This document shows positions 51,901 through 64,000 of a stretch of 64,000 nucleotides of DNA, piece after piece; within the stretch, counting starts at the first letter, position 1; every line of letters begins with the position of its first letter. Source of the DNA: a virus. Lineage: Duplodnaviria > Caudoviricetes. The notes under the pieces are model-generated. The model was not told the origin of the DNA and did not search any database. It saw nothing but the letters and a program-made list of their open reading frames with translations. The stretch is taken from the IMG/VR virus record IMGVR_UViG_3300031949_001696. The stretch is one strand, 5' to 3'. Made by a program: the position numbers and the translations under genes.

Positions 51901-52742
51901 GGCGAAGTTCCACCCACTCACCGACGACGCGCTCGCCGGCCTCAGAGGCAGCGAGGTTCTGCTTGCAAACTATTACCGCGAGCTGCGCGAGCGCTATGTC
52001 GCCGAGATCGAAGAGCGGACCAAGCGAGATCGATCGGCGATCCTGCGCATGGCCGGCAACATCGCCGGGGGGTTCTGCGCGGATCCCGAGTTCGAGGCCG
52101 AGACATGGGAAGACATCGCCGTGAAAGCCGTGGCCATCGCGCGAGCGATCGTGGTCGAGGTGGATCGATGACTCTCAAATGCCCCAGGTGCGGTAGGGAG
52201 CTGGAGGTCGTGCGAAGTACGGCGGTGATCCCGCCCCACACCAAACCTCCGCGCTCCGGGTTCTTGGACAACGGGGCGATGGAGATCGACGGAGAGATCA
52301 TCGTGGTTACGCTCTACAAGACATGCCGGCTGAGCGGCGCTGAGTTCAGGAGGGTGCCGTGAAGAAGCTACCGAAGACGTTTCGAGGCGCCGTCGTCGCG
52401 CGCGGCCTGGGCATGAAGTCAGCACAGCTCGACACCCTGATCGAGAAGAAGGCGCTCGATCAGTTCGACGCGACCAAGGACACCTACCTCGTGGTCGAAG
52501 ACAAGGCGCTGGAGGACGACTTCGGTGTCGTGGTTCGCTGCTTCATGAGCGAGGCCGAGGCGCTTCGCTACGCGCGCGCGATGGCGTGCGGCAACGTCGA
52601 CCACCGTGTGCTTCGAGTCATCGCGCAGACGCTCGTACTACTGCGGCAAGATCGCCGGCTGGGTGGCGACCGATGGAAGTAGTCTCGCGGCGGTGTGCGA
52701 GAGACATGGCGAGCAGTTCCACATCAAGAGAGAGGCGTGATC

Positions 52743-53513
52743 ATGACCAAGGAGCAGAAGCCCAAGAAGTCCGTGCGCGAGTACCTCGAAGGGCTCGTCT
52801 GGGATAAGAAGCCGCGCCTCGAGCGTTGGCTGATCGACTACGCGGGGGCCTCCGACACGCCGCGTGTCCGTGCGATCTCTCGTGCCGTGCTGATCGGAGC
52901 GGTCCGTCGAGTGCGGCATCCGGGCTGTAAGATCGACGAGATGTTGATCCTGGAGGGTCCGCAGGGCGGCGGGAAGTCGGCAGCGCTCCGCGTGATGGCC
53001 ATCGACGACGACTGGTTCACCGACGACTTCCCCGTCGACGTGGACTCCGGGAAGCTCGTCGAGGTGACCGCGGGCAAGTGGATCGTCGAGTTGTCCGAGC
53101 TGAAGGGCATGAGCGCAGGTGACGTCGCCGCGCTCAAGGCGCAGCTGTCGACGCAGCAGGACACCGCCCGGCGTCAGCCGTACGCGCGGGCGGGCGAGAC
53201 CGTCCCACGCCAGTTCGTGATCGTCGGGACGACCGCCGCGACGGAGTACCTTCGTGACACGGGCAACCGGCGGTTCTGGCCGATCCGCGTCGAGCGCTTC
53301 GACCTCGATCGCCTTCGGATCGATCGCGACCAGATCTGGGCCGAGGCCGTGGTCGCCGAGGCCGCGGGCGAGCCGATGCGCATCGACGCGCGCACCGAGC
53401 TCGTGCTGGCGGCGCGTGAACAGCTCGCGCGCACCGATCCGACGGACGGCCATCTCCACGCGAATTATCTCGCGCAGATGATCCTCCTGTTCTTAGGGGA
53501 GACGACGACGTGA
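52743..53513 (+). CDS. VapE/VirE-family P-loop ATPase (stand-alone helicase domain)
   Basis: WD.KPRL..W, PGCK.D.MLILEGPQG.GKS, WF.D, GKWIVELSEL, YLRD.TGNRRFWP. Confidence 0.92.
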   Translation: MTKEQKPKKSVREYLEGLVWDKKPRLERWLIDYAGASDTPRVRAISRAVLIGAVRRVRHPGCKIDEMLILEGPQGGGKSAALRVMAIDDDWFTDDFPVDVDSGKLVEVTAGKWIVELSELKGMSAGDVAALKAQLSTQQDTARRQPYARAGETVPRQFVIVGTTAATEYLRDTGNRRFWPIRVERFDLDRLRIDRDQIWAEAVVAEAAGEPMRIDARTELVLAAREQLARTDPTDGHLHANYLAQMILLFLGETTT

Positions 53514-55042
53514 CGAAGAGAAACCCGCTCGATCCGCACGTCCAGTTCGCCAAGGCACTCGGCGCGCGGATCATCTGCCGCACGTGCACGCCGTTCGCGC
53601 GCGCACGCTTCACGGAGAGCAGAGATCAGATGGCGCATCCACAGTGCGAGGACGTCGAATGCGGATGCAGCTGTCGTGATCAAGTGAGGAGGAGCTGATG
53701 GCGAAGAAGAAGATATGGAGCGTGTTCTACGTGCGGGGACAGGCGTAACCGTGTCGCTCGATCGATTCGACGATGAGTGCCCGGGCTGCCGTCCCATGAT
53801 GGTGGACACGAGAACCGCGCGCCCGTTTGCGGATGATTCTGTCGAGATGATGACGGTGAACCGGCTCTGGAACGAAACTACGGCCGACGAGCGCCGCGCG
53901 TGGCATCGCTTCACGTGCCAGAACTCGCGATCACTCGTCGACGTGCAGATCGCCAAGACGTTCGCGGACCGCCTAGAGGCGGCGTTCGCCGCCGCGGCGA
54001 AGAAGAAGGAGCGTCAGCGATGATGGGCCTCTTTGAGAGCATGCGCGTCGGCGACGCCATCGAGGCGCACGGCGCGAAGTGGTTTCGCATCAAGTCCCTG
54101 CGTGACGACCTCGAGAACGGACACCGGTTGTATCTCGCGGCGAAGATCGGGGACCCGTTGCCGGCGGCAACGTTCGTCGTCGCCGAAGAGATCGAGGCTG
54201 CGGAGCTGGGGCGGCTTCGGACCGCCGAAGCCAAGCATCAGGCGGACATCGCCAAAATCAGGAGTGGATCGCGATGAGGGACTGGATCTTTAGCGTTCGC
54301 TACTGGGAACCGCGGCTACACAAGGCACCGGCCGTCTATCGATGGGCAGTTGTCGGACCTGAGCGTGCCTCGACGGTGGAAGCAGCACTCCATCTCGCGA
54401 AGGTTCCCGAGGAGATCCGTGCCGAGATCCGTGCGGACGCCGTCGTACGTGATTTCGTCGAAGGCAGACTCGATCCGGATCGGACCGGCTACCACGTGCC
54501 GTCGGATCCGAAATCATCGTCAGGATGGCTCGTCTGCATCGGGCCGGTGCACGAGGTGCTTCGATGATCGCGCCGGCGACGATGGACGCGCTCGCCGACG
54601 TCGCTCGGGCGCTCGGCTTCGAGCTGCGCCGCGCGGCGCAGGCGGTTCCCGTCGGCGTCGATTTCGACCGTGCCCGAGAGCAGACGCAGTTCGCGCTCTT
54701 GCACGACGGCGAGGTCGCGTTCGACGGGACCGCGCGCGAATGCTCCGCGTTCTTGATCGGCTGGCGCGATCTCCGAACGAGTGTGCTCGGCGCGGCGCGC
54801 GCGCTCGAGACAACGAAGATCATGCCGGAGATGCGTGCCAGTACGATGTGCCCGGTGAGCGACAAGGCAGGACAGCGGTGCCTCCTACGCGTGGGGCATG
54901 ACGGGCAGAAGCACGCGACGCTCGTGTACTGGGAGGGCAGCTTACGCGGCGGTGCGACGAAAGAGACTTGTCAGCAGTGTGGCTCCAAAGCTCTCGGAGC
55001 CGTGATTTGTCGGCGATGCGGCTACAAAATCGAGGAGGTCTG

Positions 55043-55456
55043 ATGATCTCGCCGACGAAGGATCCTGCGCTCGACGTCGAGCGGAACCTCCCGCGCGACC
55101 TGCGCCAGAAGATGATTGTCGAATGGGCGATCGCGGCGTTCGGCCGTGAAGAGGCGACCGGCCTCCCACAGCGGGGGCTCCGGCTTCTCGAAGAAGCGAT
55201 CGAGGCGTTCCAGGCGGCCGGCGGTGATGAGGCGATCGCCCACAAGCTCGTCTCGTTCGTGTTCGCCCGCCCTGCTGGGACGGTCGGCCAGGAGCTGGGC
55301 GGCGTGGCGGTGACGGTGCTCGCCCTGGCGGCGGCCGCGGGCCTGTCGGCCGACGAGGAGGAGTGTCGCGAGGTCCACCGCGTGCTCAATAAGCCTCTGC
55401 GCGAGTTTTCCGATCGTAATGCGAGCAAGAACGCCGCAGGGTTCAAGATCCCATGA
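55043..55456 (+). CDS. MazG-like all-alpha NTP pyrophosphohydrolase-family phage protein
   Basis: R.LRLLEEAIE, GQELGGV.VT..AL. Confidence 0.55.
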   Translation: MISPTKDPALDVERNLPRDLRQKMIVEWAIAAFGREEATGLPQRGLRLLEEAIEAFQAAGGDEAIAHKLVSFVFARPAGTVGQELGGVAVTVLALAAAAGLSADEEECREVHRVLNKPLREFSDRNASKNAAGFKIP

Positions 55457-58400
55457 AGCTGGAGGTTACATGGACGCGCTCCTGATCCTCGTGATCTGCG
55501 GCGTCGCGCTGGCACGGCATCGCCGACGCCATCGTCAGCACGAGCCACGCCTCGTGCACCTGCTCGGAAGCGGAGGTCGTGTCCACGGACCAACGTGCGG
55601 CTGCGAGGCGTGCCTCGAGAATTACGCGGAGACACCGGCATGAAGCGAGAACCGCATCCAGCGAAACCGGCAGAAGAGGAAACCATGATGGAAGCCGTGA
55701 AATCATTCGGTTCAGAATTCGTAGGTCGAGCAACGCTCGCGGAGCATCTCAAGAACGAAGATCCTGCGAAGGCGTTACTCGCGTACATGCGTACTGCCGT
55801 CGACGCATTTCTGGTCGATTCAGGTGGGCCGCAGAACGCGGTCGAAGGCTGGGAAGTGTTCGCGCGTTGGATCAAGGAGCACTGCGAACGGCATGACTGC
55901 GACCTGACGCAGCCTGCCGAACTGGCCCTATTACGATTTGCCGCGCACGCCGAGAAGTGCATCTACCAAAACGATCGCTCACGGGCCCTCACTGATCTAC
56001 GCGTCGTGGAGCCCTGGATCGACGAGTTTTTTATCGAAGACGCGCGGGCTGCCGGCCGCGCCGACGCCATCGCAAGTTGCGAGGCCGTGGAACGTGCACA
56101 TCAGCTCTTCGAGTTGACGGACTTACGCTCCGAGGTCGCGCGCCTTCGGTCGGAGAACGCAGAGCTGCGCGCAGCGCTTGAGCAGATGAAGCTTGGCGGC
56201 ATGAGTTGCTCGTCGAATCAGCCGAGATACCAGATCGGTGACCGCGTGCGCGTGGACCGCGGTTGGGATCGCGAGGTCATCGTCGTCATCACGATCGATA
56301 CCATCCGAGCGAACCACGGTGGCCCAGGTGCGCATCGCTACTGGGGAACTGACGCTCGTGGTGGCGCGCACGGAGCGTACGAGGATCAGATCCGCGGGAT
56401 AGCGTCATGACGAAAGGGAGATCCGATGGCCGAACTCGATGAAGCGACCCAGAAGGTGGTCGAGGACTTCGACGCGCTCGCGAAGCAGCGCTGTGCGGAG
56501 CTGCTCGGCGATTCGAGCGCAGAGTTGCCCCACCGCGCGGCGCTCGAGCGGGCGTTCTGTCTCGGCTATAAGGCGGGCGCCGTCGACACCAACGTGGCGG
56601 CGAAGCAGGCGCAGCATCTGCTCAAGGAAAGGGCCATGCTCGACGTGAAAATCCCCGTACAGACGGAGCGGCTCGATCAAAATGTCATCTCGCCAGTTAC
56701 GCCGATGACTGTGCGCAAGTACGACGGCGGCGACGTCGAATTCGATCTCGACGTGCCTTCGTTGGATGCGCCCCAGTGGTCGAACGCTCGTCGGGTACGA
56801 ATCCATCTCAACGGTGTTGCTGCTGTCCGTTCCCTTCGGGAGATTCTGTGACGAATGCTCCGCGCCGGATTTCTGACCGCGAGAGGTCGATCTGCATCGA
56901 CGGCTACATCATGCCGACGGACTCTCCCAACGTACCGACGCTGATCGCGATGCCCGGCATCGACGACCTGTTCGTCTTCGTGTTCTCGACGGAAGAGAAG
57001 CTCGTCGCGGCGATGGGGGTCCTCGGGATCGAGTACGCGGGGGTGGCGCACGTCCCCGACGGCATCGAGCTATTCGGCGAGATCGCGGCCATGAACGCGC
57101 GTGGTGAGCGACCGTACCGGCTCCGTCTCGCCGTCGACGCCTACAAGGCCGATAACGGACGTATACGCTTCACCGAGCCAGCAGTTCAGGAAGTTCATTC
57201 GACGGTGCCGCACGCCGAGGGCTGCCAAGTTTCGTCCAAGAACGGAATCCCCGTGTCGATGTGTGTCAGCGACTGTCCCGCGCTGGCCGAGTTCATCGCG
57301 GCGTCGAAGGAGGGCTGATAATGGAGGCCGCTAAGAAACAGCAGGACGTCTTCGTCGTCGAGCGCTACTTCGATAACGGCGTCGGTTGGGTCATCGGAGC
57401 GTTTTCATCCATCGATGACGCACAGGCATTCAGCGATCTCTGCGTCGTGACTTGCCGCAGTCCGCACGAGGTCGAGATCACGCGATGCGCGCCGACGCCG
57501 CGTGAGACCTGGCGGCGGTTCGCGGACGATCGTGGTTGGTCGACCAGCGCGTGGGAGCATCGCGGGATCGGAGAATCCCGATGAAGGAGACGCCGCAGTC
57601 AGCGATCGAAACAGAGGTCGTCGATCTTCGGCGCCGTCTCACGGCGCTGGAGGAGCGCGTCCGGCTCGACGCGCACGCACACGCGTTTCTGCGCGGGGAG
57701 CAGCGCGTGTGCGAGGGGGACTACTGCGTGATCAACGGCTTTCCGACACGGGTGTCGCGCATTTCCAGCGAGGGCAAGTGGACCTACTTCAACGGGAACA
57801 ACGTGATCGAACCGTTTCGCGTTCCGCCGTCGGACGACATCCAGCGACTCCACACGCGGGCCGAAGTTGCCGAGATCGTTGCGAAGGCGCGCCAGGAAGC
57901 GCCGTGGGGGCTCACGCGTGACGACGTCGACGCGCTCGTTGATGGTTTGGACTACGCGATCCTCGGGCGCGCGACGTCCCTCGTGACCGTAGATCGTGAA
58001 GATCGGTGGAAGGCTCTTCGCAATCGACTCGCCAGTCTGTCGAGAGATCCGAAAAAGGATCAGCCGTGAGGCCGAAGATCGGCTGCCGCGTGATCTTCTG
58101 CGAGCCCGTGCACGGCTCGGCCTCTGTGGGAATCGTGAAGCGATACGCCTGCGATGCCGGCGGCACCTATGCCGAGGTCGACTTTCACGGCGCGCGTCTA
58201 CGCATTCACCCGTCGCAGCTTCGCATCGAGGAAAGCGCGAAGGACAAGGGACCTCGATGATGTCGCCGCAGTGCGTCCATCGCGTGTCCATCGCGAAGGA
58301 GGGCCAGATCTTCTGGTCCTCTCCGTGGGTCTCGGAAGATCGTGCCGAGGCCATTCGGCGAAAAAATCAGCGCCTCATCGATCAACAGGGCTGGCAGCAC

Positions 58401-58764
58401 GTCGTCAGCGTCGAGAGCAAAGGCATGCCTACCACCAAAGTCGAACAGATCAGGGATCAGCTGCGTTCGTTGGAGTCAGCAGTCGCAGCGCTGCCCAAAG
58501 ACACGGACGATCAGCGCACGGCAGTGCACAGAATCCGTACGATGATCGGAGATCAACTCGCAGAACTCACCTGGTGGAGATCGACCTGCGACACGTGCGG
58601 GGCGTACCTCGGCGACAAGGCGTGCGATCACGGACCGAGGCCGGCGTGATGAAGACGGTGTGGTTCAAGACGAGTCGCCACGTGAACCTTGTACCGGCGA
58701 CGCAGCACACCCAGGCACTGATCGCCACCATCGACGCGGCGATCGCCGCCGAGAGAACGTCCCG

Positions 58765-59244
58765 ATGATGTCTCCTGAGGGACAGCAGCTGCTCGCACGC
58801 TACGCGGACCGAGGTTGGTTCAACGCTGCGGGCGATACCAGACTTCGAGAGGACGCCTCTCGATTGGAATCGGTGCCGCCGCGGCCTGCGTACCTGCTTT
58901 TCGCGAGCGGCATGCTGGTTTTTCCGTCGTGCGAAGTACAGGTCACGACCAGGTGCAATTACCGGCCGTTTCGCGGTCGGCGGTTGGTCGTCGCCGCTGA
59001 CGCCAGGCGCTTCGATCTGATCGATCTGAAGATCAGGTACCGGTCACAGTTCCGCAGGGACGAGTCTCTGCCGCTGCGCTCTTGTGTTGACGAAGCGATG
59101 CCGGAGCTGATCCAGTGGCCGCTGGACATTTGCGGCGCGGGTGCCGACATCAGCGTGCGCGCGATCATTCCCGCGCGGGTTGACGGGGAGGAAGAGGCTC
59201 TCGGCGCGACGTTCGAGATGATCCTGCTCGGAGAGGTGATTTAG
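58765..59244 (+). CDS. Single beta-sandwich protein related to the repeats of 6949-7986
   Basis: V.VT.R....PF...RLVV...F.L.DLKI..RSQF...C.AG..I.V pattern. Confidence 0.5.
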   Translation: MMSPEGQQLLARYADRGWFNAAGDTRLREDASRLESVPPRPAYLLFASGMLVFPSCEVQVTTRCNYRPFRGRRLVVAADARRFDLIDLKIRYRSQFRRDESLPLRSCVDEAMPELIQWPLDICGAGADISVRAIIPARVDGEEEALGATFEMILLGEVI

Positions 59245-62200
59245 TGAAGACGCTTCGTCGCTTCTTCTGCTGGCTCGTCGGCCACGCTTGGGACGAGGGC
59301 TGCCCGCGGGGCTGGTCTGGGATCGTCGATCACCAGTGCCAACGCTGTCAGCTCACCACGTTCACGCAGTTTCACTTTTAGAGGAGCCATAGCTGAGATG
59401 AGCATGCGCAAGTGTTCCACGATCAAGTGCCCTCACTACGTGCGCGAGGGTCTGCGCCGCTTCGGGGCCGGCGTCGATGGCCAGGAGCTGGCCGACGGGC
59501 GGTTCTGCTGGCGGTGTCGCGCGCGGCACGCCGCCTCTGAACGCCGAGATGTACGTCGAGACGCGCGCCGAGATGCGCGGAAGGAGATCCCGTGAGCGAG
59601 ACGCCCCCTTCCTTTCAACCAGAGCCTTGTACGGGTTTCTACGTGGGCTACGACCTGGAGGGCGGAAGCTCGTACCGGAAGCCGTGCTGGAGGCGCTGTG
59701 GCTGCGGGCTGCCGGGATGTCCGTCTCTCGATCCTGCACTGCCGCCCGTGCCGATCGCGCACGTCCGCTCGCAAGAAGATCAGCCCTACGGATCCGAGAG
59801 GCGCTGCTGCAACCACTGCGGCGTCATGCTCTGGGGGTCGTCGTCGCCGCCGTATGTCGACAACTGGACCGATTGGCGTGAGCGGCCGGACAGATGTGCG
59901 CTGACCGAGCTAGAGAGGAAGGCTGCGTTGGAGCGGAGGGCGGGCGCGTGAGTGTCGAAGTCATCGCAATTCGCCGTCCGATCGCTCGTCGATCCGGCGA
60001 CCTGCCATGTCGGCCGCGCGCCGACGACACCGCGTGGGCAGTCATGATTCGCGTCGGTGCACGTACGTTTACGTCGGACTGCCAGGATCGCGAAGAGGCG
60101 ATCGCGGCGGCGACTGTCATCAACGCTGAGCTGTCACAACACTACGTGGATCAGCGGGGGCGAGGATGATCGACGTCGTCAGTAACCTCGTCGGTGAGAT
60201 CGTCGAGATCTACGAGTGGGACGACTATCGCGATTCGGGCGGATACAGTCTGCGGAGTCGTGGCACCGTCCGCGCGGTCTACGTCGCCGACAAGAAGCTC
60301 ATGGTCCTCGTCGAGCATAACCTCCTCGGCTACGATTCGTATTCGTTCAGCGATAGAGCCAAGGACGGGGGTTTCGAAATGTACTCGCTCCACGAAGGCC
60401 GCGTGCGCGCCGTGCAGCGCTGCCGGCACTGCGCGTCGTGGGACCAGAAAGCTCTCCTCGTTCAAGCGGGCCCGGGTTTCCGCGACGACGTCTGGGCGCA
60501 CAAGGATGGTGAGGGCTGCAAGGAAACTCGATGATCGTCCCGGGGCCGCCGATCCGCGACGTCACGCTCCGCGAAATGCTGGAGGCGATGTCGTCGTACC
60601 GGGACGACGAGACGTTCCGATGGTTTCAGACGTCCGTTCTGAACAGCCGCGGCGAGCCGACCGCGACCGACACGTTGCGCGTCTCAATAGGACAAGCGCG
60701 CCGTGAAGTGCTGGGGTGTCCGTGAGCGAGCTGTTCAAGCCTGGTCACACGGGTTCGTGCTCGCACATGCGAACGTATCGTGGCAAGGACGCTCCACTTC
60801 GGTGGGGATCAGCGCGCACCGAAGTCTGCCGTGACTGTGCCTCGTTTCGTCTGCGAACCCATCACGACGAGATCCGCGGTGATTGGACGTCTGGCGATCA
60901 GTACGCTGACGCTGTAGCGGAACAGGAGCTGGACTAGATGCTAGTTCTCGCGCCGTGCACGTTGGATGTCCTCCCACGTAGCCGGATCGATCGGCTGGAT
61001 GAGCACCGATCGCGCGTACGATTTCGCGGCGACAGTCCAGCTGACCCAGCCGGCACCGAACGTGAGCGTGGCCGGGGCATGAAAGCGACCGGGACACTCG
61101 TCGCCGTGATCGGCGATGCCACCGAGCGGCGAAAGCTCGACGAAGGCGTGGCACTTCTGGCAGAAGCCGCATTCGCACTGGTTCACGGGCGCAGTGTAGC
61201 GCGGAGATGCGCGGCGTGATCGCGTTCTGCACCAAGTGCGGGGTGTACGTCGACGTTGACGGCTCCATCTCGGAATGTCCGCTCTGCCATTTCGACACCG
61301 TGATGCGGGTTCCGACCACCGTGCACGAGGCGACGACGCTCGTCGTACGCAAGCTCAAGGATCTCCACCTCGAGATCGCGAAGGAGTACGGGATTCCGGC
61401 CGACGTGATCGCCGCCACGCAATTCGGGCTCGGCGTCACGATGATGTTCGAGTGTGGCTCCAGCGAGGCTGATCTCATCGGATCGGTCCAGCGCCTCGTG
61501 GGCGACTTGATGGAGACACCCGAGAAGCGAGGAGCATCATGAGGGAGGGGACGAGGAAACTCGACGCGTGGTTTCGCGGACGGCTGCGCTTCCTCGCCGC
61601 GCGTCAGCGAGTCCCAGCTCCGTGCTTCTCGCGGTACATCCGCCACAACACATGGCATTTTTGTGATTTCGATCAACGTGATTTGAAATTCGACGATGAT
61701 CGATGGATCGAGGTGACATGGTGACGTCTGAAGACAAGCTCGTCGTGGCGGCCAAGCGCTATCACCAGGCACGCGAGCGGCTGCGACAGACGCCGCGTAC
61801 CAGTTGGGCCGCGGCTATGGCGCGAGAGTCGCTTCAGGAGGATCTGGAGCAAGCCGCGCGCGAGTTGCACGAGGCGGCCGACGCGTACGGAGTGAGCCAC
61901 CCGTGATCGACGTCGAGGCATGGCAGCGCGAAGTTATCCTCGGCAACGTGGAGAAGGATCCGTACTACGCGCCGTACTGTCTGCGCTGCTCGGGGCTCGT
62001 CCGTATGAAAGCCGTCGAGCGACATTACTGGCGGTGCCGTTGCGGCGCGCAGTGCGACCTTCGAGCCCTGCCCGGAAGAGACTACCGCCCGAGGTCGCAG
62101 TGAGCTGTCCGAGACAGATCCTGCTACCGAGCGTGGATGCTCCGGCGTGCGACTTGTGCGGCGGCATCTTGCTGCGGGCCGGTGCCACGGACACCCTGGT

Positions 62201-64000
62201 GAGCTACAGGTGCGCTGACTGCGGCATCCCGACCACGGTGTATAGGAGCGATCCCAGCGTGCGCTGGCACGACATCCCCCCGGGTATCGAAGGAGCGAAA
62301 CCATGAACGAGCTGTCGCGCGGATGTCCTTGTCTGCACACGACGCCGTGCCACGAGCGCTGCACGTGTGTGTCACCGCTGTCGTCGAGCGGCTGCCGTCG
62401 CTGCTGCTCGTACGGCTCTGCGGAGCAGCAAGCGGCGATGGCGGCGCACCTGGCCGGGCTCGAAGATCTCGCACGCCGCATGGGTGACGACCTCTACGCG
62501 CGGATGCAAGAGCCTGGCTTCGAAGACGCTCTCAAGCAAGCGTTCGCCGCGACTCCTGCCGAGATCGGTCGGGCTGCCGTCGAGGCAGCGCATCGGCCTA
62601 TCCACGAGCTGCGCGAGGTTCTCGATAGGACCGTCGAGCACGCGAGCGACCTCGCCGCCGCGCTCGACGAGCTGGCACAGTTCCGCGCGAAAGAGAGGCT
62701 TCGCGCCGACTCGGCTCCGCCCGCGGATACCGACGACTTGCCGCCGGACGCCGCGACCGGGCTCTACCTCGATCGTCCGTTCGACGCGGACGATCTGTCG
62801 TGGATCAAGATGGCGTGGGACGCGTACCACGCTAGCGAAGGTCCCGCTCGACCGGGCCAGCTCATGCTCGTCTTCGAGGCGATCCGTCGCGACGAGCGCG
62901 CGACTGCCGAGTTCTTGTGGGTCATGAACACGACCGTCTTGCCGCTCCTTCGTCGACTGCGACTCAAGGAGCATCCCCATTTCGCCAAGCTCGGAGCGGT
63001 CGACCAATGAGAACTGCAAGCCAGATGATCACGATCGCCACGCGCGCTGCGAAGGATTTGTACTCGGATCACGCGCGAAAGTGGGGATTCCCCGCCTCCG
63101 TGCTTGCCGACGCGGCGTGCGATCTCGGTATCACGATGATGCTCGAGACCGGCCGCAGCGAGGAGCAGATCGTCGAGATCGTTCGCCGCATCGCGCAGGA
63201 CGTGGCTACCAAAAAGCAAGGGTGGACACGATGACTAGCTCCATGGAGCAGCCCGAGTGTCGCGCGTGCGATGCGGGCTTGCCACTGGTCTGGTGCGTCC
63301 AGAGTCGCAAGATGGTGCATCTTCGGGGACTCGGGACGTTCACGTGTGAACGCCTCGCCGTGCGCGAGCTACGTGCGAAGGTCGGAGCCGACCGGCGGTG
63401 AGTGACAATGATCTAGTTACCACGCTCGGCCTCCTGGCTAACGACTGCGAGACCGACGATCGCCGCATGACGGGGGGTCCGTGGACGTATAACGATGACG
63501 ACACGGAGATGCGCGCCGGCCCCGAGCTCGTGCTGGCCGGCGGTTCCGTCGGGTACGAGAACGCGCGCATGATCGTCGAGGAGAACGACGGTCTCGCGAT
63601 CGCCGCCGCTCGCAATCGGCTCCCTGATCTGGTGAAGGCGCTCCGGGAAGCCGCTCGCCAGATCGAGGTCCTGCGCTCCGATCGCGATGGCTATCAGGAC
63701 GGCTTGATCGTCGCGAACAACGCGGCCGAGCGCCGCGGCGTGAAGCGCGACGAGCTGGCGATCGACCACGCGCATCTCCAGCGCCTGTACAAGGAGAGTC
63801 GCGAGTACGTCGCTACACTTGTGCGCGAACGCGACGACCTCGTGGAGTGGAACAAGCGACGGGTCGACGAGGTGAACCTGTCCGACGCGCGCGTCGAGCA
63901 GCTAGAAGCGACGCTGGCCGAGGCGCTGGACATCGTGACGTCCGTGGTTTGTCCTGGTATTGCGCACCTCGTGCGCGTGCCGGAGCTTCGCGCCGTGCTC

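Larger units (their letters stand above)
46288..64000 (+). other. Rightward block of dozens of small overlapping phage hypothetical genes
   Basis: Continuous ATGA/GTGA-coupled short ORFs on the plus strand. Confidence 0.8.

Overview
A GC-rich, gene-dense segment of a large phage or provirus. The host is probably a myxobacterium, inferred weakly from a PEGA-associated-like gene and base composition. No terminase, portal, polymerase or integrase is recognisable in the window. The left ~27 kb is a mosaic of mixed-orientation, often leaderless genes centred on RNA repair and translation. It encodes Ro60/TROVE and an Rnl2-type RNA ligase followed by six Y-RNA-like units (two display tRNA anticodon stem-loops, one a permuted tRNA-like domain). 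It also carries canonical and non-canonical tRNAs, Pth2, and an RF1-like release factor made by a prfB-style +1 frameshift. Two homing endonucleases, a NUDIX hydrolase, collagen/Gly-rich proteins and an SLT-like enzyme complete this part. From 27.4 kb the window is two long blocks of small phage hypotheticals diverging from ~45.5 kb (RHH regulators, VapE ATPase). The best candidates for undescribed systems are: (1) the Ro60-ligase-Y RNA anticodon-display array; (2) Leu-rich and Ser-rich leader peptides with hairpins directly upstream of cognate tRNA genes; (3) a K-S/T-x-x-QLDREIA-x-x-L tag shared by seven unrelated proteins; (4) small cargo cassettes with ~23-bp terminal inverted repeats and 9-bp flanking duplications; (5) a solitary CRISPR-like repeat. 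All calls were made by eye with no database searches.
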